The notes below the pieces were generated by a model. That model saw nothing but the letters and a program-made list of their open reading frames with translations, made no database searches and was not told the DNA's origin. A stretch of 11,033 bases of DNA. Origin: Candidatus Krumholzibacteriia bacterium (lineage in GTDB: Bacteria > Krumholzibacteriota > Krumholzibacteriia > LZORAL124-64-63). Made by a program: the position numbers and the translations under genes. Numbering within the stretch: the first letter of the stretch is position 1; each line of letters starts with the position of its first letter. The stretch spans positions 1 to 11,033 of the forward strand of contig JAZBOO010000039.1 in assembly GCA_036351155.1 (NCBI GenBank), given 5' to 3'. Of the stretch, positions 1 to 6,337 are shown in pieces.

Positions 1-121
1 CCCGCCAGGCTCCGAACTCGTCGGGCCCACGGTGACGCATGATGCCGATCATGCGTTCAGGAGTCTGCTCAGGAAGCTGCAGCTGACCTTCGAGAGCCAG
101 CACACCACAAATGCCGCACAT
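1..121 (-). CDS. asnB: Asparagine synthase (glutamine-hydrolysing) family, N-terminal 40 codons; gene continues beyond the left edge
   Basis: My translation from ATG at 121 on the - strand: MCGICGVLALEGQLQLPEQTPERMIGIMRHRGPDEFGAWR. It has the N-terminal MCGI with the Ntn nucleophile Cys and the HRGPD motif of class II glutamine amidotransferases of the AsnB type. Not listed in the ORF track. Confidence 0.9.
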   Translation of the reverse strand, partial: MCGICGVLALEGQLQLPEQTPERMIGIMRHRGPDEFGAWR

Positions 122-176
122 GGTAACTTTCTGCCACCCGTCTGGTGGAATCTGGAGAAAAACAGGGCCGGAAATG

Positions 177-205
177 CTGTCCAGAAGGGGCGGGTGTGTT
201 AAGCT
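177..205 (+). promoter_or_regulatory. Putative sigma70-type promoter for the S9 peptidase
   Basis: Extended -10 TG-T-TAAGCT (197-205) with a weak -35 CTGTCC (177-182) at 17-bp spacing, about 50 bp upstream of the GTG start. Confidence 0.35.
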
Positions 206-255
206 ACCACCACGTTTTCACGTCACCTGTCCCCCAAGATCACGGAGGTGCCTTC

Positions 256-2307
256 GTGTCCAACAGCCTTAAATTCTACACTTTACTGCTGGTTTTCGCC
301 ACCCTGATTGCCGGCTTTTCCCAGGCGGCGCCTCCGGTGCGCGACCATGCCATCGAAGCCGAGGATTACTTCGACCTGACGGTTCTGGGCAACCTGGCCG
401 TTTCTCCCGACGGCGACCAGATCGCCTACACCGAAAGCCGCTGGGGCCGCGGCAAGGAAGGCCGCAGCACCGACCTGTGGACCATCGGCGCCGATGGGGC
501 GGAGCTGCGCCGCCTGACCTTCGACGGCATGGGCGCCTCCGGGCCCGAATTCTCTCCCGATGGCCGCACCATCTTCTTCCTGGGCAAGATCGACTGGGGA
601 ACCGAGGACCCGCCCTACAACGGCAAGCGCCAGGTCTGGCAAATTCCCGCCGGTGGAGGCGCTCCCCAGCCGGTGACCCGCGCCAAGCAAGGGGTGTCCC
701 GGTTCACCCTCACCCCTGCCGGTGACGCCCTGATCTACACCGTGGAAGCCGAGGCCACCGAGGGCGACTGGGAAGATTTGCAGGGTCAGTACCCGGATCT
801 GGAGTACGGCCACGGGATCAAGCAGCTGGACCAGGTGCGCCGCCTGGACCTGAAGACCTGGCGCGATGCCGAGATCATGGCGGCTGAACGCGTGATCTGG
901 GACATGGCGCTCTCTCCGGACGGCCGCAAGCTGGCCCTGATCACCACCACAGACAACGAGCTGATCTTCATGGAGGGCTGGTCCGAGGTGCAGGTGCTGG
1001 ACCTGGAGTCAGGAGCCCTCAGCACGGTCACCCCACCCGACTGGCGCCGTGACCACCCGTCGCCCTATGGCTGGCTGGAAGACCTGGCCTGGTCCGGGGA
1101 CAACCAGGCCCTGGCCTTCGCCATCAGCTACGATGGCTATGCCTCGCAGATCTGGGTGGCCGAGTGGGACCGTCAGGGCCAGAGCCTCCGCAAGGTGGCG
1201 CGTCCCGAGATGGTGACATACTCCGGGGGATTGACCTGGCAGGGCAACAAGCGCACCCTTTGCTACCGCGGGGAAAGCATGGCCCGGGTGCAGGTGTTCG
1301 CAGCCCAGGAGGTCAAGAACGGGAAGCAGGGCAAAACCCGCCCCCTGACCGCCGGGGACCAGGTGATCGCCGGGTTCGCCCTCGATGACGGGGGCCGGAC
1401 CCTGGCGGCCATTGTCGAGACCATCACCCACACCAATGACGTCTTCGTTTTCGACAAGGCCGACCGCTCGCGGCGCCTGACCAACGTCAACCCGCAGGTG
1501 GACACCTGGATTCTGCCCCAGATCGAGCACGTGAGCTGGACGGGCGCCGACGGCGACGAGTGCTTCGGCATCCTGGAACTGCCCCCCGGATACAACAGAG
1601 AAGATGGGCCCCTGCCCACCATCATCGAGCTGCACGGAGGGCCCACCGCCAGCACCCAGTTCAAGCTGCGGCTGTGGATCTACGGGCGCACGTTGATGGC
1701 CAGCAAGGGGTACGCCCTGCTGAGCCCCAACTATCACGGCTCCACCGGGTACGGCGATGAGTTTCTGGAGAAGCTGATCGGCCGCGAAAACGAGATCGAG
1801 GTGACCGACATCACCAACGGTGTGCACTGGCTGATCGACCAGGGGATTGCCGATCCGGCCAAGGTCGGAGTGATGGGCTGGAGCAACGGCGGCTACCTGA
1901 CCAACTGCATGATCACCGCCCAGCCCGACATGTTCGCCGCCGCCAGCAGTGGCGCCGGTGTCCTGGACATGGTGATCCAGTGGGGCACCGAGGACACGCC
2001 GGGGCATGTCATCAACTTTGTCGAGGGGCTGCCCTGGCAGCAGGCCGCGCACTACCAGAAGGCCTCGCCCCTTTACCACCTGGACCGGGTCAAGACCCCC
2101 ACGCTGATCCACGTCGGGGGCAGCGATCCACGGGTGCCCCCGGCCCACAGCCGCGCCCTGTACCGGGCCCTGCGTCACTATCTGGATGTGCCTACCCAGC
2201 TGGTGGTCTATCCCGGCGAACCCCATGGGCTGACCACCCACGAGAACCGTCTGGCCAAGATCACCTGGGATCTGGCCTGGTTCGATAAGTACTTGCTGGG
2301 CAAGTAG
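256..2307 (+). CDS. Secreted S9 family serine peptidase (dipeptidyl aminopeptidase/acylaminoacyl peptidase-like), 683 aa
   Basis: GGAGG at 244-248 precedes an in-frame GTG at 256, which gives a clean signal peptide (MSNSLKFYTLLLVFATLIAGFSQA/APP). Repeated SPDG beta-propeller motifs, HGGP, nucleophile GWSNGG, DPRVP (Asp) and EPHG (His) form the S9 catalytic triad. The ORF track start at 145 is probably too far upstream. Confidence 0.92.
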   Translation: MSNSLKFYTLLLVFATLIAGFSQAAPPVRDHAIEAEDYFDLTVLGNLAVSPDGDQIAYTESRWGRGKEGRSTDLWTIGADGAELRRLTFDGMGASGPEFSPDGRTIFFLGKIDWGTEDPPYNGKRQVWQIPAGGGAPQPVTRAKQGVSRFTLTPAGDALIYTVEAEATEGDWEDLQGQYPDLEYGHGIKQLDQVRRLDLKTWRDAEIMAAERVIWDMALSPDGRKLALITTTDNELIFMEGWSEVQVLDLESGALSTVTPPDWRRDHPSPYGWLEDLAWSGDNQALAFAISYDGYASQIWVAEWDRQGQSLRKVARPEMVTYSGGLTWQGNKRTLCYRGESMARVQVFAAQEVKNGKQGKTRPLTAGDQVIAGFALDDGGRTLAAIVETITHTNDVFVFDKADRSRRLTNVNPQVDTWILPQIEHVSWTGADGDECFGILELPPGYNREDGPLPTIIELHGGPTASTQFKLRLWIYGRTLMASKGYALLSPNYHGSTGYGDEFLEKLIGRENEIEVTDITNGVHWLIDQGIADPAKVGVMGWSNGGYLTNCMITAQPDMFAAASSGAGVLDMVIQWGTEDTPGHVINFVEGLPWQQAAHYQKASPLYHLDRVKTPTLIHVGGSDPRVPPAHSRALYRALRHYLDVPTQLVVYPGEPHGLTTHENRLAKITWDLAWFDKYLLGK

Positions 2308-2324
2308 ATCAGCCTTGATGGGTC

Positions 2325-2357
2325 AAAGAGAGGGGCGGCCCAAAGCCGCCCCTCTTT
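2325..2357. terminator. Probable bidirectional intrinsic terminator between convergent genes
   Basis: Perfect 11-bp stem AGAGGGGCGGC (2329-2339) / GCCGCCCCTCT (2345-2355), 5-nt loop, short A tract on the left and T tract on the right; lies between stops at 2307 (+) and 2377 (-). Confidence 0.75.
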
Positions 2358-2376
2358 CCATCTCTCGAGGTGAGGA

Positions 2377-2877
2377 TCACCCGCGTCCCAGAGCCTCCAG
2401 ATAGATCTGGACCTGGGCCGCCGCCTCGGCGGGCGTGGCGGCCAGGTGCCACTGCGGGTTCTTGCCCCCCGCGTTCAGAAAGGCCGCCCCCGGATCGAAA
2501 TCCAGCAGCACCACCGGACGGCCGAACCGCAGCGCCATGGCGATCTCGCTGAGCGTGCCGCCGGACCCCTGACAGGCCACCACCACATCGCTGGCCAGGA
2601 TGTTGATGACGTTGCGCGCCGCCCCCATGCCCGTGGGAATGACGATGTCCAGCCCCTCGGCCGCCACATCGCGATCATCTTCGAAAAGGACGCCCACGGT
2701 CAGCCCCCCGGCCTGGCTGGCGCCGGTGACCGAGGCCTGCATGACCCCGTTGGGCCGTCCCCCTGAAAGCAGCACCCAGCCGTTCTCGGCAATGAGCCTT
2801 CCCATTTCCTGGGCGTTTTCCATGGTCTTCTGGTCGGCCTCGCAGCCGCCCATGATGCCGATGATGGTCTTGCGCAC
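2377..2877 (-). CDS. LOG/SLOG family nucleotide-binding protein (TIGR00725-like), 166 aa
   Basis: Motifs IGIMGG, LLSGG..GVM, GGLTVGVL, TGMGAARN and GSGGTLSE (variant of PGGxGTxxE), then GRPVVL. Start moved to GTG 2877 because GGGAGG lies 8 nt upstream and the upstream gene stops at 2879. Confidence 0.85.
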   Translation of the reverse strand: MRKTIIGIMGGCEADQKTMENAQEMGRLIAENGWVLLSGGRPNGVMQASVTGASQAGGLTVGVLFEDDRDVAAEGLDIVIPTGMGAARNVINILASDVVVACQGSGGTLSEIAMALRFGRPVVLLDFDPGAAFLNAGGKNPQWHLAATPAEAAAQVQIYLEALGRG

Positions 2878-2878
2878 T

Positions 2879-3619
2879 CTAGAAACCTCCCGAGCGTAGC
2901 TGGTCCGGATCAATTTTCATGTTTTCCAGGGCGGTGGTGTCCACTTCGGGCAGGAATTCTCCGGCGGGAGCAAACTGGAAATCCACCCGGCGGGCACCCA
3001 GTCCCTGGGCCAGCATGTTCAAGGTCATGGTCGCGGACCGCTGAGCCTCACCGGTGGTGCGCTTGACCAGGTCGTTGGCCAGGCGGCTGGTCTGCACCCG
3101 GGTTTCGCTGATCAGCTTGTTCTTGGCCTCGACGCTGAAGCCCCCGGTGAACACCCGGCCAATCAGCTCGGGCATCAGCCAGGGCAACAGCTCGGTCTTG
3201 TCCTCGCTGTGGATGCGCATGTCGCGGATCAGAACCTCGTGCCGGCAGGGGGGCATGGTCACCAGGTAGCCGTCCTCCCCCTGGGGTTTGATGGCAAAAC
3301 CCGGATCGTTCAGGTCGTAGCGGAAATCCACGTCGAACTCGATCACCAGGGTGATCCGCTGCGAGGACAGCAGCCAGTTCAGATACTTCTGTCCGAACTC
3401 GCCCAGCCAGTGGTCGCTGGCCGAGATGACTTCCTTGGTCATGATCCGGAACACGTTCAGCTCACCCACGGCCTTCATGCTGGTGATGAAGCTTTCGTGA
3501 GTGACCGCACGGGCGGGAACCTTGGCCTTGCCCCTGCCCCGGCGGGCCAGCCGCCAGGTGATCCAGGCGGCCAGACAGACCAGCAGGCCGGCCACAATAC
3601 CGGTGAGGAAATTTTGCAC
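2879..3619 (-). CDS. DUF4230-like membrane-anchored protein of unknown function, 246 aa
   Basis: GTG at 3619 is preceded by GGGAG at 7-nt spacing. An N-terminal hydrophobic helix (FLTGIVAGLLVCLAAWITW) is followed by a basic patch, then GEL, ITLVIEFDVDFRYDL, VTMPP and a helical C-terminus ending LGARRVDFQF, a pattern I recognise from DUF4230. Confidence 0.65.
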   Translation of the reverse strand: MQNFLTGIVAGLLVCLAAWITWRLARRGRGKAKVPARAVTHESFITSMKAVGELNVFRIMTKEVISASDHWLGEFGQKYLNWLLSSQRITLVIEFDVDFRYDLNDPGFAIKPQGEDGYLVTMPPCRHEVLIRDMRIHSEDKTELLPWLMPELIGRVFTGGFSVEAKNKLISETRVQTSRLANDLVKRTTGEAQRSATMTLNMLAQGLGARRVDFQFAPAGEFLPEVDTTALENMKIDPDQLRSGGF

Positions 3620-3658
3620 GCATGAACTCCCGAAGAGGTGAAGGGCGAGTTGATCGGG

Positions 3659-3683
3659 AAAGGGCCGCCCCCGCGGGCGGCCC
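3659..3683 (-). terminator. GC hairpin with short U tail (terminator for the HDOD gene, or 5' leader structure of the DUF4230-like gene)
   Basis: On the - strand GGGCCGCCC-GCGG-GGGCGGCCC-TTT: perfect 9-bp stem but only three U. Confidence 0.5.
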
Positions 3684-3696
3684 ACCTGTGTCCGGG

Positions 3697-3725
3697 AGCA
3701 TGGCAAAAGCCGGGCTCGGGATCAA
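3697..3725 (-). promoter_or_regulatory. Putative sigma70-type promoter for the DUF4230-like/LOG pair
   Basis: - strand TTGATC (3725-3720), 17 bp, CATGCT (3702-3697), with an extended -10 TG. Confidence 0.4.
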
Positions 3726-3754
3726 GAGAGGAATGTGACGGGCCTGCCTCGAGG

Positions 3755-4975
3755 CTAAGCCGGCTGCAGTCGGCAGGCCTCGGCCAGCTGGCTGCGCGAG
3801 AAGACAAACCCCAGCTGAGGATAGCTCTGCAGCGCCGCCGGCACGCCAGTGTCCGGCTCGGCCAGGACCACCACCCGGGCGGGTTGAGATTCCAGGAACG
3901 GCACCAGCTGGTCCACCTGCTGCGCGGTCAAGCACTGAGGGTCGACCATGGCCAGGCCCACCTCCTGGCTCCCCGCCTCCTGATTGAAAAAGGCCTGAGC
4001 GGGAAAGACGCCCACCTCGAAATTGCTCATGACCGCGGTCAGCCATTGCACCCGATCATCATCGGTGGTCACCAGAGCCACCGACTTCAGGAAGGCCAGG
4101 GGATTGACATCCTTGCCCCCGGCCGCGGTGCCGGCGATCTGCATGAAGACTTCCATCTCCTCGATCTTCTGGTCCATGCCCTGCATGGCCTGGCACATCT
4201 GGTCGGCTCCCACGCCTTCGGTGCTCATCAGCTTGCCCAGTTGTGCCTCGGTCACGGGGTTTTCAAAGGCTCCGCCATGCACGCAGGCCATGACGTCGGC
4301 CAGGGCGACCAGAGTGGTCAAGGGCTGATCGCCACTGGTGGCCACCGTCATGTCGTGGTGATAGCGAGCCGCGTTGGAGAAGGCCTCGGGCAGCTCCCAG
4401 AATTTCAACAGAGCCTGGCCCACCTGGGCATGGTTCAAGCCCATCTTTTCGCTCTCCAGGCTCAGCCGGTCTTCTGCCGGTTCGGCCATGATCTTCATGT
4501 ACTCATCGGGCACGGCGGCCGCCAGCACGTAGGCCCCGATGTCATGCATCAGGCCGGCGATGAAGGCTTCCTCGGGGTCGGTGCGCCTTTTCACGAAGGG
4601 CGCCAGGGACTGAGCTCCGGCGGCGTTGGCCATGGCGTGGCTCCAGAACTCGGTCATGTCCATCTTGCCCGTCAACTTGGACAGGGCGTCCATGGAACCA
4701 AAGCCCAGGGCCAGATTGCGCACCCCGGTGAACCCCAGCAACACCACCGCCCGGCTGATCTTGGTCACCTCGGTGGGCACGCCATAAAACGAGGAGTTCA
4801 CCAGCTTGAGCACCTTGCCGGCCAGGGCCTGGTCGCTCGAAAGCACCTTGGTCACGTCGTCGGCCGAGGAGTTCTCATCACGCATGACAGCCAGCAGCTG
4901 GCGAGTCACCGCGGGCAAGGGCGGCAGGTTGCGCATCACGGTCATGATGCGGGCTTTCATGACATCAACAGACAT
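3755..4975 (-). CDS. HDOD domain signal-transduction protein with C-terminal atypical receiver-like domain, 406 aa
   Basis: LPPLP, DQALAGKVLKLVNSSFYG, ISRAVVLLG, FWSH, AGLMHDIG, GLNHAQVG, FWELPE and RYHH are HDOD hallmarks. GGGGAG RBS before ATG 4975. The last 110 aa have an alternating beta/alpha pattern. Confidence 0.9.
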   Translation of the reverse strand: MSVDVMKARIMTVMRNLPPLPAVTRQLLAVMRDENSSADDVTKVLSSDQALAGKVLKLVNSSFYGVPTEVTKISRAVVLLGFTGVRNLALGFGSMDALSKLTGKMDMTEFWSHAMANAAGAQSLAPFVKRRTDPEEAFIAGLMHDIGAYVLAAAVPDEYMKIMAEPAEDRLSLESEKMGLNHAQVGQALLKFWELPEAFSNAARYHHDMTVATSGDQPLTTLVALADVMACVHGGAFENPVTEAQLGKLMSTEGVGADQMCQAMQGMDQKIEEMEVFMQIAGTAAGGKDVNPLAFLKSVALVTTDDDRVQWLTAVMSNFEVGVFPAQAFFNQEAGSQEVGLAMVDPQCLTAQQVDQLVPFLESQPARVVVLAEPDTGVPAALQSYPQLGFVFSRSQLAEACRLQPA

Positions 4976-5053
4976 GGACCACTCCCCAATGGGCCGGCAG
5001 AGACAGGCTGTCCCCCGGTGGATAAATGCTCACGAGATTTCCTGTTGTTCCAT

Positions 5054-5080
5054 TCATCGGCAGGAAAGCGGGGGCGTTTA
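5054..5080 (-). promoter_or_regulatory. Putative sigma28 (FliA/SigD) promoter for the HDOD gene
   Basis: - strand TAAA (5080-5077), exactly 15 nt, GCCGATGA (5061-5054). One mismatch to the consensus TAAA-N15-GCCGATAA, correctly oriented and in the intergenic gap. Confidence 0.75.
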
Positions 5081-5094
5081 GGACAAACAGGCTG

Positions 5095-6279
5095 TCAATG
5101 GTCGGAGGATTCGGGGTCGCGCGGCAGACCCCGCTGCAGCTTGTGGCCGAAGCGATCGTGCACCTGATCCATCAGCCGGTCCAGCTGGCGGTCACGGGCC
5201 TGAGCCGGATCCACAAACAGGCTCCCCTGCCCCTGTCCCTGCCCGGTCAGACCCGAGGCCGTCACCCCGATCAGGCGCAGGGCCCGGCCGCGACGGCCCA
5301 GCTTGTCGTTCAACAGGCGGCGAGCCGTGTCCCGGATGATCACCGTCGAATCCGTGGCCTCGGTCAGGCTTTCCGAGCGGGTGAAGGTGCTGAAGTCGCC
5401 ATAGCGGGCTTTCAGGGTGATGGTGCGGGCCTGAAAGCCGTGGTTCCGCACCCGGCGGGCCACCTTGTCGGCCAGCTCGTCCAGGATATCCTGCAGCTGG
5501 CCCCCATGGCTGATGTTCTCGGCAAAGGTGGTCTCGTTACCGATGGATTTGGCCTGATGAGCCGGGATCACGGGCCGCTCGTCGTGCCCCACGGCCAGCT
5601 CCAGCAGGTGGTCCATGTGGTCGCCGAATTGCTGCACCAGCAGGGCGCGAGGCACCGCCAGCAGGTCCCTCACCTTGCGGATGCCGAACTTCTGCAACTG
5701 TTGCTGCGACACCTTGCCCACGCCCCATAGTCGCCCCACCGGCAGGTCGGCCAGCAGGTCACGGGCGCCCTCGGGAGTGATGACCACGAACCCGTCGGGC
5801 TTGTCCAGATCACTGGCCAGCTTGGCCAGGAACTTGTTGTGGGCCACCCCCACCGAGGCTGTCAAACCGATCTCCTGGGCAATCCGGTCCTTGATGGTGC
5901 GGCCAATGGTCTCCGCCGACCCGAACAGGCGCCGGCAGCCGGTGACATCCAGAAACGCCTCATCGATGGACAGGGGCTCGACCAGCGGCGTGTAATCCCG
6001 AAAGATGGCCCCGATTTGCCGGGATACCTCCATGTAGCGGTCCATGTGCCCCCGCAGGAAAACACCATCGGGGCACAGCTTGATGGCCCGGGCAGCACTC
6101 ATGGCGCTGTGCACGCCAAAGGCGCGCGCCTCGTAACTGGCCGCAGAAACCACCCCGCGACCTTCGGGCGTCCCGCCCACGATGACGGGTTTTCCCCGCA
6201 GGGAGGGATTGTCCAGCACCTCGACCGAGGCGTAGAAGGCATCCATGTCGATGTGAAGGATGGCGCGCAGTGCAGTCAT
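5095..6279 (-). CDS. dinB: DNA polymerase IV (Y-family), 394 aa
   Basis: ILHIDMDAFYASVE, SAASYEARAFGV, SIDEAFLD, ASVGVAHNKFLAKLASDLDKPDG, GVGK helix-hairpin-helix, little-finger KSIGNETTF...LRLIGV and a clamp-binding-like QGSLF (5215-5229). AGGGGA RBS. Confidence 0.96.
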   Translation of the reverse strand: MTALRAILHIDMDAFYASVEVLDNPSLRGKPVIVGGTPEGRGVVSAASYEARAFGVHSAMSAARAIKLCPDGVFLRGHMDRYMEVSRQIGAIFRDYTPLVEPLSIDEAFLDVTGCRRLFGSAETIGRTIKDRIAQEIGLTASVGVAHNKFLAKLASDLDKPDGFVVITPEGARDLLADLPVGRLWGVGKVSQQQLQKFGIRKVRDLLAVPRALLVQQFGDHMDHLLELAVGHDERPVIPAHQAKSIGNETTFAENISHGGQLQDILDELADKVARRVRNHGFQARTITLKARYGDFSTFTRSESLTEATDSTVIIRDTARRLLNDKLGRRGRALRLIGVTASGLTGQGQGQGSLFVDPAQARDRQLDRLMDQVHDRFGHKLQRGLPRDPESSDH

Positions 6280-6337
6280 GCTTCCCCTGGAACCGTTGGA
6301 CCGTTAGAATGATCACTCCATAAAACAGGAGCATAAC

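Noticed and set aside
145..255. 37-aa N-terminal extension of the S9 peptidase in the ORF track
   Set aside because: No RBS at 145, it would bury the signal peptide, and it occupies the divergent promoter region; GGAGG plus GTG at 256 is a better start.
1009..2241. 410-aa ORF on the - strand
   Set aside because: Antisense shadow of the S9 peptidase; no recognisable motifs, and such stop-free frames are expected opposite high-GC3 genes.
1..2307. Calling a lasso peptide cluster from AsnB-like plus S9 peptidase
   Set aside because: No precursor, B protein or RRE is visible, and the AsnB N-terminus looks like an active glutaminase domain; kept only as a low-interest lead.
3638..5167. 509-aa ORF on the + strand
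   Set aside because: Antisense to the well-supported HDOD gene; His/Gly/Gln-rich composition typical of shadow frames and no domain motifs.
5083..5223. 11-mer ACAAACAGGCT at 5083-5093 and 5213-5223, suggesting a second SLFV clamp motif reachable by frameshift past the dinB stop
   Set aside because: No slippery sequence near the stop, dinB already has an in-frame QGSLF, and the downstream copy is equally explained by the ACAGGCTGTC repeat or chance.
2377..6279. dinB-centred mutagenesis cassette (imuABC/umuDC) or an anti-phage island
   Set aside because: No imuA, dnaE2, umuD, lexA, nuclease, TIR or integrase genes; composition and codon style look like the surrounding chromosome.
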